From positions 111,065 through 175,064 of the forward strand of contig NIVC01002125.1 of the NCBI GenBank assembly GCA_002269645.1: a stretch of DNA of 64,000 bases, read 5' to 3'. Of this stretch, positions 36,924 to 50,757 are shown one piece after another; within the stretch, counting starts at the first letter, position 1; every line of letters begins with the position of its first letter. Source of the stretch: Macrostomum lignano. Lineage: Eukaryota. Below the pieces are notes generated by a model. The model saw only the letters and a program-made list of their open reading frames with translations, did no database searches and was not told the origin of the DNA. Position numbers and translations under genes: made by a program.

Positions 36924-39900
36924 ATTCCAAATAAACCTGTGCTGGTAGCAGCTGCCTATTTCCCAGGCGATGCCCCAGTAGTCTGCGACGCACTAGTCAA
37001 CCTCATTGACTACGCCGCGTCCCGACGGTTCGAGCTGCTCATTGCAGGGGATGTGAACGCACACCACCTGCATTGGGGCAGCAAGAACACCAATAACAGA
37101 GGCGAGGAGCTGCTGGCCTACGTCAGCAGCACAAACCTCAATTTCTGTAACGTGGGCAATGCACCAACGTTCAATAATGGGCGGTGGGCCGAAGTCATCG
37201 ACACCACCATCGCCTCACCCGGACTGCTTTCCGCAGTCACGGGCTGGCGAGTGTGGGACGAGGACTCGCTCTCGGACCACCGCTTTATCCGCTTTTGCAT
37301 TGGGCCGACCAAGCAAAAGCCTAAGGTCACTTGGAGTCGGAACGTCAGGAACACCGATTGGGCCGCCTTTGGCTCGAAGCTGAGCCGCGGCCTTCGGGAT
37401 CTTGACCCCCCCCGTGACCTCTCTGACTGCCAGGTGATGGATGATCTCACCTCCTCCCTGGGTGGAGCGATCACCACTGCCTTTGAAGCAGCCTGCCCTC
37501 TAAAAGCCTACAAAGGCAAGAAATCTGCTTCCTGGTGGAACCCAGAGCTCGGGGCCCTTCGGCGCCGAGCCAGGACCCTCCAGGACCCTCCAGGACTCAA
37601 AACCAAAGACCCATCTGATATAGAGGCCTACACCCGTGCGATCCACGAGTTTAAGGGCCAAGTCAGAAGGGCCAAGACGGCCAAGTGGCGCCAGTATTGC
37701 GAAGGGCTTGAGGGCTCTCGCCCCGTAGCCCGCGTGGTTAAGGCACTCACTAATGACCGTTTTTCTAAACTCTCTGTTGTGAAGAGACCTGATGGCTCGG
37801 TCACAGAGAGCTCTGAAGAGACTCTAGAGCTCATGCTCAACAGTTTTTTCCCTAAATCTCCGACTCAGCAGGGCCCGCCCGACCACACAGTGGGAGGGCA
37901 AGGCCTAGCAAAGTCTATGATCACCAAAGACCGCATTATTAGAGCGGCAAGGTCCTTTAACCCGTTCAAGGCGCCTGGGCCCGACGGCATCTACCCAGCG
38001 TTCTTGCACGAGGCGGTAAAAAACCACCGCTTCCTGGACCTGCTCTGTCGTCTCCTTCAAGTTTGTGTGGAGCTGGGCTATGTACCAGTTGCGTGGAGAG
38101 AGGCCCGGGTGGTCTTTATCCCCAAGCCGGGAAAGAGCGACTACCAATCGGTGAAGGCCTTCAGGCCTATCAGCCTCACTTCTTTCTGCCTCAAGCTCCT
38201 CGAGAGACTGGTGCTTTGGCGCCTACTTTCGGTCGAGCTGAAGCGCTTCCCGCTCTCGCAGAACCAGCACGCCTTCCGCGCGGGCAGGTCTACCGAGAGT
38301 GCCCTCCATGTCATTGTTGACTTCCTGGAGAGGGCCGTTCTTGGCAGCGGCTTTGCCCTCTCGCTTTTTCTGGACATCGAGGGGGCCTTCGACAACGTCA
38401 TCTTCGAGGCCTTTTGCAGAGCCCTGGAATCCAGGGCCACGCACCCTCACCTTGTCCGATGGATCATGTTCATGATCCGGAACCGCACTGTTGTGGCCCA
38501 CCTGAACGGCAGCTCTCTTTCGGCGCCTGTCCAAAAAGGGGGCCCCCAGGGCGGAGTTCTCACCCCCGTTCTCTGGAACATGGTCATGGATGAGTTGCTT
38601 TGCAGTGATCTCCATGACCCCATTCTCAAGGTGGGCTATGCCGACGATGTGACCGCGATATGCGCGGGCCCCTCGGTTGATACCATCAGAGACCTTCTGC
38701 AGGGCTTTCTGGGACGAGCGGAGCGTTGAGCAAACCAATGTGGCCTTAGACTCTCAGAGTCGAAAACCACAGCGGTCATGTTTACCAACAAACTGCTCTA
38801 AATCATTAAGTCGCTCACGCTCTATGGAAAGGATATTTCCATGGAGAAGCAGGTCCGCTGCCTGGGCCTCACTCTGGACCACAGGCTTAACTGGACTCCG
38901 CACATTCAAACTAAAGCTAAAAAAGCCCTGGCTGTCCTGGCTCAGATCAGGCGCGCCCTGGGCACCACCTGGGGGCTCACCCCCAGGAAGCTGTGGTGGA
39001 TTTACACTGCCATCATCCGCCCCTCAATCAGTTACGCTAGCCTCGTGTGGGCCAGCGGCCTGAGCGTCAAGAGCAACCTCGACGCTCTTTACAAAATCCA
39101 GGGCAGAGCTTGCCGCATGACTATGGGCGCTCAACCCTCTGCTCCTTTTGAAGGCATGAATGACCTCCTCTGTGCCCCTCCTCTGGATATTTATTTCAAA
39201 GGAGAGGCGGCGAAGAGCACCCGGCGTCTTCTGGATGCTGGGGTGGCCTTCAAAAAAGTGCGGGCCTTTAAGAAGCGGTCGCTTATCCCGCACTCCGACC
39301 TCTGCCTCAAGGCTCTCGAGGAGTGTGGCGGGCTCAATGTCCTCACGGACTCGATCCCAGCCACCCTTCTCCTGAGCCAAAGGTATAAGGTCACTATTCA
39401 GCCTCGACACGAGGCGATTGACAGCTGGAGCGATTCTGAAGTCCACTGTTACACTGACGGCTCTATGAGGCATGGTCTTTCAGGCTTCGGAGCTTGCGTC
39501 TTCTTCAAGGGAGAAGTGGTGTGGAGCTACTCCCAGCACACTGGGCTCAACTCCAGTGTTTTTCAGAGCGAGGTACTTGCCATCAGCTCCTGCGCGGCAG
39601 AGCTGCGCCGAAGGCAGCTTGGCGGTCGGAAATTTATTTTTCACTCTGACAGCCAAGCAGCCCTTCGGGCCCTCTGCCGCAGCACCACCAGCTCCAGGTC
39701 CGTCCTGGACTGCAACAACCAGCTCAACGGGCTTGCGCTAGGCAACCAGGTGGAGCTCAGATGGATCCAGGGCCACGCCGGTTTCCTCGGCAACGAGCGC
39801 GCTGACCTGCTGGCCAAGGCTGGCTCCAACGGCGCGCTGCTAGGGCCTGGCCCGGGAGCCCCCATCCCCGCCTCGGTGATCAACTCCCGCGTTAAGCGCT

Positions 39901-40352
39901 GGACTGACTCCGAGCATCTCCGCAGGTGGAACGACACCCGGAATTGTAGGCAATCCCGTGCGGCCGTCCCCTTCCCCTCTCCTCTCCTGCGTAGAGCCCT
40001 CCTCAGGCTCAACCGCAGAGACCTCAGAGCAGTTAGCATGGCCCTCTCCGGGCATGGCTGCTTCTCTCGCCACCGTTTCCTTCAGGGCCAAGTACCCGAG
40101 GAGCGGTGCCCCTTCTGCCGCTCAGGCAGTGAAAACGCCGAGCATTTTATCTGCCACTGCCCGGCCTTCACCAGGGCCAGGCTTACTCACCTCGGGCCAA
40201 ACCCGGTTCTCTCCGACGTTTGCAGGCCCGAGAGCATCCCGCTGCTCGCCCGGTACCTCAGGGACACGAGACTCTCACGATTCTATCTGAGTTCTAGCAG
40301 AGACTCTCACGATTCTATCTCAGTTCTAGCAGAGACTCTCCCAAACTGCTAA
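36924..40352 (+). pseudogene. LINE ORF2, 3' part (APE remainder, RT, RNase H, CCHC)
   Basis: Single frame with premature TGA 38727-38729 (expected Trp in ERWAN) and TAA 38799-38801. Confidence 0.9.
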
Positions 40353-40724
40353 ATAAATACATTTTCCTACAGTACGGCAAAGTACTCTGGAAGTTTCGAG
40401 TGACATTTGAAATCAGAAAGTCAATTGATTCGCTACAGTTTGCTAATGGGGCCGACAGAGCGTTAGGGTCAGTGGGACAGTGCGCGAGTGACTCTGTCAG
40501 GGCTATCGATTGGCTTGATATCGATTGGCACTTAGTGGATTTGTGGTTCACGCTTGTCTAACAGTGCACAGTCAAAACTGGCTGCGTTTTGCACTTCTGT
40601 CTACTTAATAGTAGGAAATCTAGCCTATAGTTGAAAACTAAATGGATTGCGAAAAATAATATTGCTCGTATTTGTAATCTAGCCAGGCACACGATCGTAT
40701 CGTGGCCACTCATACCGTTGATAT

Positions 40725-42468
40725 GGGAATAGAATGGATTGCTAATCTAGTTAATCATAGATAAGGGAATAGAATGGATTGCTAATCTAGCCAATAATAT
40801 ATTAATGGATAAAGTGGATTGCTAATCTAGCCAATAATATATAAAGGGAATGGAATGAACTGCTAATCTAGTCAATCATAGATAAGGGAATGAAATGGAT
40901 TGCTAATCTAGTCAATCATAGATAAGGGAATGGAATGGACTGCTAATCTAGTCAATCATAGATAAGCGAATATAATGGATTGCTAATCTAGTCAATCATA
41001 GATAAGGGAATGAAATGGATTGCTAATCTAGTCAATCATAGATAAGCGAATATAATGGATTGCTAATCTAGTCAATCATAGATAAGGGAATGGAATGGAC
41101 TACTAATCTAGTCAATCATAGATAAGCGAATATAATGGATTGCTAATCTAGTCAATCATAGATAAGGGAATGGAATGGACTGCTAATCTAGTCAATCATA
41201 GATAAGCGAATATAATGGATTGCTAATCTAGTCAATCATAGATAAGGGAATGGAATGGACTGCTAATCTAGTCAATCATAGATAAGCGAATATAATGGAT
41301 TGCTAATCTAGTCAATCATAGATAAGGGAATGGAATGGACTGCTAATCTAGTCAATCATAGATAAGCGAATATAATGGACTGCTAATCTAGTCAATCATA
41401 GATAAGGGAATGGAATGGATTGCCAATCTAGTCAATCATAGATAAGGGAATGGAATGGATTGCCAATCTAGTCAATCATAGATAAGAGAAAAGAATGGAC
41501 TGCTAATCTAGCCAATCATATATTAATGGATAAAGTGGATTGCTAATCTAGCCAATAATATATAAGGGAATGGAATGAACTGCTAATCTAGTCAATCATA
41601 GATAAGGGAATGAAATGGATTGCTAATCTAGTCAATCATAGATAAGGGAATGGAATGGACTGCTAATCTAGTCAATCATAGATAAGCGAATATAATGGAT
41701 TGCTAATCTAGTCAATCATAGATAAGGGAATGAAATGGATTGCTAATCTAGTCAATCATAGATAAGCGAATATAATGGATTGCTAATCTAGTCAATCATA
41801 GATAAGGGAATGGAATGGACTGCTAATCTAGTCAATCATAGATAAGCGAATATAATGGATTGCTAATCTAGTCAATCATAGATAAGGGAATGGAATGGAC
41901 TGCTAATCTAGTCAATCATAGATAAGCGAATATAATGGATTGCTAATCTAGCCAATCATAGATAAGGGAATGGAATGGATTGCAAATCTAGTCAATCATA
42001 GATAAGGGAATATAATGGATTGCTAATCTAGTCAATCATAGATAAGGGAATGGAATGGACTGCTAATCTAGTCAATCATAGATAAGGGAATGGAATGGAT
42101 TGCCAATCTAGTCAATCATAGATAAGGGAATGGAATGGACTGCTAATCTAGTCAATCATAGATAAGGGAATGGAATGGACTGCTAATCTAGTCAATCATA
42201 GATAAGGGAATGGAATGGACTGCTAATCTAGTCAATCATAGATAAGGGAATGGAATGGACTGCTAATCTAGTCAATCATAGATAAGGGAATGGAATGGAT
42301 TGCTAATCTAGTCAATCATAGATAAGGGAATGGAATGGACTGCTAATCTAGTCAATCATAGATAAGGGAATGGAATGGATTGCTGATCTAGTCAATCATA
42401 GATAAGGGAATGAAATGGACTGCTAATCTAGTCAATCATAGATAAGGGAATGGAATGGATTGCTGATC
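40725..42468. repeat. 40-bp minisatellite GATAAGGGAATGGAATGGA(T/C)TGCTAATCTAGTCAATCATA
   Basis: About 43 units; a variant block recurs at 40801 and 41522. Confidence 0.95.
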
Positions 42469-42564
42469 CAATATAAACCCGCTCTCACGCATTTCTTCCC
42501 GTCGCTGCATCGCATCCGTCCTGGGCTCCTCGGCTGCCGCAGTAGGTCGGGGCACCGGCCTCAC

Positions 42565-42678
42565 CTGCACCACTCGAGTCCGAGAAACTGAGCCGCCGTT
42601 GGAGGCTGGCAGCTGTGATGAAGCCGCTGTGTCTCCTCGCCTCTCCGCCAAGCCAAAGAGGCCACCGCTGTTGCGCTG
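42565..42678 (-). CDS. candidate PDE1 N-terminal exon
   Basis: cccccag|CAG...CAG|gtgagg, 114 nt, phase 0/0 (QRNSGGLFGLAERRGDTAASSQLPASNGGSVSRTRVVQ). GC-rich island. Confidence 0.4.
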
Positions 42679-43096
42679 CTGGGGGCGGGAGAGGGTTGAG
42701 CAGGGGGGGGGGTGGGTTGCACACAATTTGAGTAATTAGAACGTCTGTTAGTAGCATCGCGGATGTTAGCTTACAAAATAGTTTTAAGACTGCATACAAT
42801 GTTCACGGCAATGTCACTCATCTTACTCTGAGTAAATTAGTTTTTTGTCACAACCTCCAGTTCATTGATCTACTTGGGCTAATTTTCATCTTCTGAGTAA
42901 AACTTCTAAGGAAAAAAGATTCAGAAGTCGCAGGATTTTCTACCGCAAACAGAGCTGCAAAAGCTTTTTGAGCCAGCTGCATTCCAGGCCACTGCAGAGT
43001 GAAGCAATATTAGTACGAGCTATGAGCTGCTGATGTTAGTAAATTGGCTGAACAGGTTGCCGACAAGAACACAAGAACAGGGGGACCACAAAGGAA

Positions 43097-44578
<1,482 letters not shown>

Positions 44579-44592
44579 AGCCCCAGTCGCAC

Positions 44593-44652
44593 CCATGCCA
44601 GTCCGACAGACTCAGCTGACGGTCGCCTGCAGCCGTCGGACGAGTCCAGCGC
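44593..44652 (-). CDS. candidate PDE1 N-terminal exon
   Basis: tttccgcag|GCG...TGG|gtgcga, 60 nt, phase 0/0 ([20 protein letters not shown]). Confidence 0.35.
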
Positions 44653-45846
44653 CTGCGGAAATCGCACAGTCGGCGTTAGCATAGCAACGCCTTCTCGGAT
44701 GGACATGACGGAAATTCGCTGCGTTCGGGCGGCCGGTCGGGTTGGAAGCAAAGTATCATTAACCAGAAGCTCAGAGAATGGATAAAAAATTGGTCAAAAA
44801 TAATGAAATTCCGCTGCTAATTTGCAAATAGCTTATTCCTCTTATCTGCTACCCAAATATGGAATCGAGCTCAGGACCTTGTACATCTTTGCGCAAGGAA
44901 AACTACTTTCCATATTTCCAAAGCCGCCCAACCAGAGAAGCGGCTGCTAGTTTGTGTCAGGCAATGCATTCGCCGCTTTCAAAATGAGTAGCAGCGCAGC
45001 CTTCGGCCCCTGATTCTCGCGGTTGACAAGAACCAAACGATGTTCGCCTATTCGGAGGCATTCTTTGCAGCTTGCCTGAGGGCAAATGAGAGCCATAGTA
45101 GCCTAACTAACAACGGCAAAATGGCTGCCAACAGAACAGATTTTCTTTTTGTCCATATGAGTGATTTCACTATCGGCGATCCAGTATATTATAAAAAGGC
45201 AAAAAGCCGCCACAAGCAACGGTGGGATCTTACGGAACTGCGAAATAACCATTGTCACTCTGCTTAACTCTGCAGAAGGTTCGGTTCTAACCTATTAAGC
45301 TAGTCGAATCGAGTTGGATACAACGAAAGTAACGAACTGCACACAGTAATGCAGTCGGAAATCCCAAATTTAAAACTTTTATGGACACTCAGTGAATTGA
45401 TTTGCACCCTTGTGACCCAGAAGTCCGCCACGTAACCCGGCCAAATCTGCAACCCTGACAATGCCTCTCGTTACAAGAGTTGGCGCGACAGTATAGTTAG
45501 GTATTCCTTTCGTCAGCTTATTAAAATCCTAGATCTCCCCGCTGTCAGACTGTCACGGAATGGAAACTGATATCTTAGAATTTAAGTTTTATGGCGTGAT
45601 GGACTCCAATTATCATAATAGCTGAGAGTATTATTTTTAGTATTTATAGTAAAAGTACTCAGTGAACCTGAAACCGTTGCACTTACAAATCCTGTAGTGT
45701 TGCATTCACCATGTTTGGAGGCAAATACTTAAACTGCTGTTAGAAATCCAACCAACTGCTTTTCCCCGAGGGCTTGAAGCGTTTGGGGAAGGCCTCAAGC
45801 GAGCATATTTTATATTTTTCACAAATGAGCCGGTGCCTGTAGTTAC

Positions 45847-46017
45847 CTGCACTGGTACAGCAATGGCACTTGTGTTGATGGGGCCCTCCTTTGTAGTTGC
45901 TTCCTGAAGCCGCCGCTGCTGCTGTTGCTGAAGGTGAAGATGCTCAGTGGCTGTCGTCGCGTTGGGCGCAGCCGCTATTGGAGAGTCGATTCCTGGTCTG
46001 CAGACGCAGCTTCCCAT
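45847..46017 (-). CDS. candidate first coding exon (MGSCVC..., polyQ), probably of the PDE1 gene
   Basis: ATG at 46017 followed by G, 57 codons (MGSCVCRPGIDSPIAAAPNATTATEHLHLQQQQQRRLQEATTKEGPINTSAIAVPVQ), then donor CAG|gtaact, phase 0. Confidence 0.45.
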
Positions 46018-46787
46018 GCAAACGGCATCACCTGAGCTCGGAGGAAATAGTAAATGGGAAAATATTGCACTTTGCTGCTCAGATTGGCCTAATTACATTT
46101 CCTGTCCTCACCGAGTCTGCTGCGCTTATCTCTGTAAGCGGTTCTAATGCTATTAAAGTCCTTTGCCTGGCGCTCAGAATCTACCATTTCAAAGCTGCAA
46201 GTAAATTGGGACTCTTCTGAAATCCACCGGCTGCTTCCTCCTGGGTGGCTCTCCGTTCGAAAATTCAGCCGTGAAGGACTAAATGTTTGGGCTTTCCTGC
46301 GCACACCAGAGGGAGGCGATCCGGCAGTCTTTCTTGATCCCTCTTGGCGCACCGTTTCGCTCTTCCGTCACCTCCCACGGAAAAGACGGCAGCAGCGTCT
46401 CTCTTTTATAATCTCTTCTACCATGAGAGCAGCCTCCGACAAACCCCAGTCTCTGCTCTGCCATTGGGGTCGGGGATTTTGCCAGAGTTGCCTTTTCATA
46501 CAGGATGCTGGCTTGAAGCTTCTTTGTGCGCCTGCATGCCTGCTTCCAGCCCCTGGCCCAGATGTGCACTGAGACCACCCAGACACCCATTGTGCAGCAG
46601 CACCTAGTGTTGTGGAGGCATCGCTTCAGCGGCCATAGTAACAACGGGTCTTCTTTAAATCTGATTCCCCCTGCCCAGCGCAGTGGCTTCAGCGCATAGC
46701 GAGCTTTTCAATCTTCATCTTCTACCTCTCTGAGCTTAAACTGAATCGCTGCTGTCACTGCCGCTGCGACCTCAGCCGCCTCAGCCG

Positions 46788-46951
46788 TCATATCCCTCCC
46801 ACAGATACTTAAGTAGCTGCATGTAGATTGGTCACTTACCGCCTATCTGATGTGATATCCCTCCCACAGATACTTAAGTAGCTGCATGTAGATTGGTCAC
46901 TTACCGCCTATCTGATGTCATATCCCTCCCACAGATACTTAAGTAACTGCA
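46788..46951. repeat. 65-bp tandem repeat, about 2.5 copies
   Basis: Unit atatccctcccacagatacttaagtagctgcatgtagattggtcacttaccgcctatctgatgt(c/g). Confidence 0.9.
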
Positions 46952-47216
46952 AGTTGATCGGTAAATTAGGCATATTTTCTCTGCTCTCAGAAATTTCGAG
47001 CCAGCAATGAACTCCCCCCTCAGTACTGTTGGCAGTCGATGCGTGACCCTATGCAGCAGGAATCCAGCGGGAATCGATTTGACTTCCGCTTCCAGCTGGA
47101 GTTGAGAAAGCAAAATTTTAGCAGCAAAGCCTGCTTCGCTCTCCAGGAGTCACATTTTAATTATTAAGCTGCTCAGTTGATTAGCCCGTATGCAATTATT
47201 CTCAGTGAACTCACTA

Positions 47217-47530
47217 ATGCGACGCCTCAAATAAACACAACACAGCCACCTCATTTCTTTACTAATAATGACGCCTCAAATAAACACAACACAGCCACCT
47301 CATTTCTTTACTAATAATGACGCCTCAAATAAACACAACACAGCCACCTCATTTCTTTACTAATAATGACGCCTCAAATAAACACAACACAGCCACCTCA
47401 TTTGTTCACTAATAATGACACCTCAAATAAACACAACACAGCCACCTCACTTCTTTACTAATAATGGCGCCTCAAATAAACACAACACAATCACCTCACT
47501 CCACTAATAACGACACCTCAAATGAACAAC
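47217..47530. repeat. 49-bp minisatellite, about 6 copies
   Basis: Unit aatgacgcctcaaataaacacaacacagccacctcatttctttactaat. Confidence 0.92.
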
Positions 47531-49010
47531 ACAGCTAGGTCAGTTTTTACGGCAGATGTGTAAAATGATAATATTTAGATAGATATAAAAAATCAAATAA
47601 TACATTCATACTAACCTTCAAAAGGGTGTACGCTTAGACAAAATATTTCGCCGAAACGACACGATAAGAATGCTGGCTCTGTGTGTGCAAAAAAACAATG
47701 CTTCAAATTCTGAGATGCAGTGGAATCTCTACCCTTCTGAGTGCCAAGTCAGAGGTAAAATTCACCAAGGGCGCTGGGATGATGCCCCGAGCTCGAGCAA
47801 TCGCCAGTCAAGAAATCCACTTTTGATTTCAGCTACTCCGAATCTTTAGTCCTCCGCCCCGCGCCCTCATCCGTTCCCCAAATTTCCTTCCGTCTGCGAG
47901 CTTTCGTCTCGTTGTCCAATCCAGTTCAGCGCCGCGCGACCGAGGGCCTGACGAGAGAGCTTCCTATAGACTTGCTGAGGCTCGGGGATTTAGCGAGGGG
48001 AGGAAGAGCGAGATGAGACATCGGAAGGAAGAGTGGCGAAGGATGCCATGCCGTGGAGTGGGGAAATTTTCAACAGGAAGCGCTGGCAAGAGAGGGAGGG
48101 AGAGGGAGAGCAGCGAAACCTGACTACGGGGCAGGCAAACAGGTGTGGCGGCATATGGGCGCGAGTGAAAACTCCGCATTTGTTTTGAATGTGAAAAAAA
48201 ACTGATATACGAGCTAGAAATCGAGGAACGGGAGAGCGGCATTTTTTCAAGCGTAAAACATAAATAGCTCGAAACTAGTGAAAAAATCTTCTGCAAGCTA
48301 CAATCCCAATTTGTTCTAAATTTAACTAACCTAAAAATTGTCAGAGTTTCATTAAAATCTTTCCAACTTTTGTGCTCGCAGATTTGCAAAATTTAAAGTT
48401 TGCACGGGCAGCCATGATGCTTCGGTCTGTCCGGCTACCTTACCTGAAGAAATTACCGACAAAGCACCAACGCCAAAACCACACTTTCAGTGTATTTTCG
48501 GCACATTTGTAGCAAAAACAGGCAAAGAATTCTATATTACTGTCCCCGGGCCCCTGACAGTCGAATCCCGTTATCTAATTATTAACAGGACCACAGGTCC
48601 CATTTGTCGATTCCGTGTAATTCGAGTGGAAATTAGTCAGTCTGATTTCCGAGTGGCTTTCCACGCACAAAAGATGTTGAATAATGAACTCTGTCTGACG
48701 GTAATGTCGGCCATTTAGATGAAAAGTCCCAACTAATTTATGAACATTTTTTGTCGCGAACGGGTGGGCCAGACAAGCACAGACAAACTGCACTGAGTTC
48801 ATCGGGACCTTTAAAGTATTCGATTTTCCTAGCTAGCTATATTCGTATAGATGAAATAAGTACTTTGGAATATGGCTATAATATTTTAGGTAGAAGTGGT
48901 GCGTTTTAAGTTATTAAGTTTAAGTTATGAATAATTTTTTGTCAACTAAATTTAACCAGTACTAAACTACGAGTAGTTATAAAATACGATGCATGCGTAA
49001 ACTGATCATC

Positions 49011-49862
49011 GGCGGGGGTTGAATACTATACTATTCCTTTTCGCTAACAATGTATACTAAACTTGGGGGGGGGGTTGAATGCTAGTCCATGTATACTATC
49101 TTTTGGGGGCGGGGGTTGAATGCTAGTCCATGTATACTAAACTTTGGGGGGGGGGGTTGAATGCTAGTCCATGTATACTAAACTTTGGGGGCGGGGGGTT
49201 GAATGCTAGTCCATGTATACTAAAGTTTGGGGGGGTTGAATGCTAGTCCATGTATACTAAACTTTGGGGGGGTTGAATGCTAGTCCATGTATACTAAACT
49301 TTGGGGGGGGTTGAATGCTAGTCCATGTATACTAAACTTTGGGGGGGGGGGTTGAATGCTAGTCCATGTATACTAAACTTTGGGGGGGGGGGTTGAATGC
49401 TAGTTCATGTATACTAAACTTTGGGGGCGGGGGGTTGAATGCTAGTCCATGTATACTAAAGTTTGGGGGGGTTGAATGCTAGTCCATGTATACTAAACTT
49501 TGGGGGCGGGGGGTTGAATGCTAGTCCATGTATACTAAAGTTTGGGGGGGTTGAATGCTAGTCCATGTATACTAAACTTTGGGGGGGGGGTTGAATGCTA
49601 GTCCATGTATACTAAAGTTTGGGGGGGTTGAATGCTAGTCCATGTATACTAAACTTTGGGGGGGTTGAATGCTAGTCCATGTATACTAAACTTTGGGGGG
49701 GGTTGAATGCTAGTCCATGTATACTAAACTTTGGGGGGGGGGGTTGAATGCTAGTCCATGTATACTAAACTTTGGGGGCGGGGGGGTTGAATGCTAGTCC
49801 ATGTATACTAAACTTTGGGGGGCGGGGGGGGGTTGAATGCTAGTCCATGTATACTAAAGTTT
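49011..49862. repeat. about 36-42 bp minisatellite with variable poly-G
   Basis: (G)n-TTGAATGCTAGTCCATGTATACTAAA(C/G)TTT, about 21 units. Confidence 0.93.
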
Positions 49863-50423
49863 GGACTTTGGGAGGGTGGTTGAATACCAGTCTATGTTCG
49901 AGCGTATATTGAAAGGGGCTGTTCTTGAATACTGAACGTCGAAAACTTATTGGTTTATCTACTTGTTGTATAATAATACTCCGGGGTAGTCTGCACTTTA
50001 AAACCTTAATTACTACTTTAGAATATTCATGTAAAAAAGCGACACCACAAAATTCACTAAATTTTTATTTAAGGCCAACTTTTTAAACCTTTCCGTGACT
50101 TCCAACTGCATATGCATAATTTGGAAGAATTGGATTTATATAATTCTAATACTAATATTAGATTAATCCCCAAGATTTTTCATGCTTTTTTTCATGCTGA
50201 AGATACAAATGCAAGAAAACTTTTTCAATGAACGCATTCAATATTTGCATTACTTATAGTAGTAGTGTCAGTTAAACGAATCTCTGCCGGTTTTTTGTAA
50301 ATAAAGCCGGGAAAATTTTGAGTGCTTTACCAAAGTACGAGTAACACGCAACACGTCAGCCTCACGTCCTCCACTTCGACTGGCCAGTTCAATAAAATAA
50401 ATATTTTAATTTCCACACGCAGA

Positions 50424-50757
50424 TTAATTTTTTAATAAATTTTTATTCGAGGCAGGGGGCTGTGTGCGCCCTGACGCACTCTAAGTGACAACTAATCCCA
50501 ATCTGCCGACTCCCCTGAGCAGGCACACAAGCGTGCGGATACGTACGCAGTCAGACGCACAGGTGCACACTCACACAGGAGTGTAAAGCGGCCCCAACTT
50601 TATTTATCGTTAGGCATGTACACTTCATTGTGCCTTGAGCAGAGAGACCCAAGCCGAGATTCCAATTTAGCTTCAAATTAATGCGACTGCACTTGGAATC
50701 GAGCCTGGGCCGCTGGCACAGCAGAGCGCCGCGCTAGACTATTAGGCTGCGCCTCCC
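50424..50757 (-). mobile_element. tRNA-derived SINE (family B)
   Basis: On the minus strand: GGGAGGCGCAGCCTAATAGTCTAGCGCGG head, B-box-like GGCTCGATTCC, central domain shared with 6091-6165, AT-rich tail at 50424-50446. Confidence 0.6.

Larger units (their letters stand above)
29616..40352 (+). mobile_element. non-LTR retrotransposon, I group (LOA/R1-like, with RNase H), decayed and interrupted by a Gypsy insertion
   Basis: Structured 5' UTR, ORF1, and ORF2 with APE (LQI..QH, QEPW, GDVNAHH..WGS, N.RGE.L, SDH), RT (KAPGPDG, FRPISL, LDIEGAFD, PQGGVL, YADD), RNase H (YTDGS, SEV.AI, SDSQAAL, W..GH.G..GNERAD) and a C-terminal CPFC...EH...HC. The 5' boundary is approximate. Confidence 0.9.

Noticed and set aside
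45040-45267. FTIGDPVYYKK motif (and IGDPIY near 53890) resembling the Gypsy integrase C-terminal F..GD.V segment
   Set aside because: Too short, with no neighbouring integrase motifs.
47945-47990. CTGACGAG hammerhead-like core
   Set aside because: No stem II followed by GAAA in the right position.
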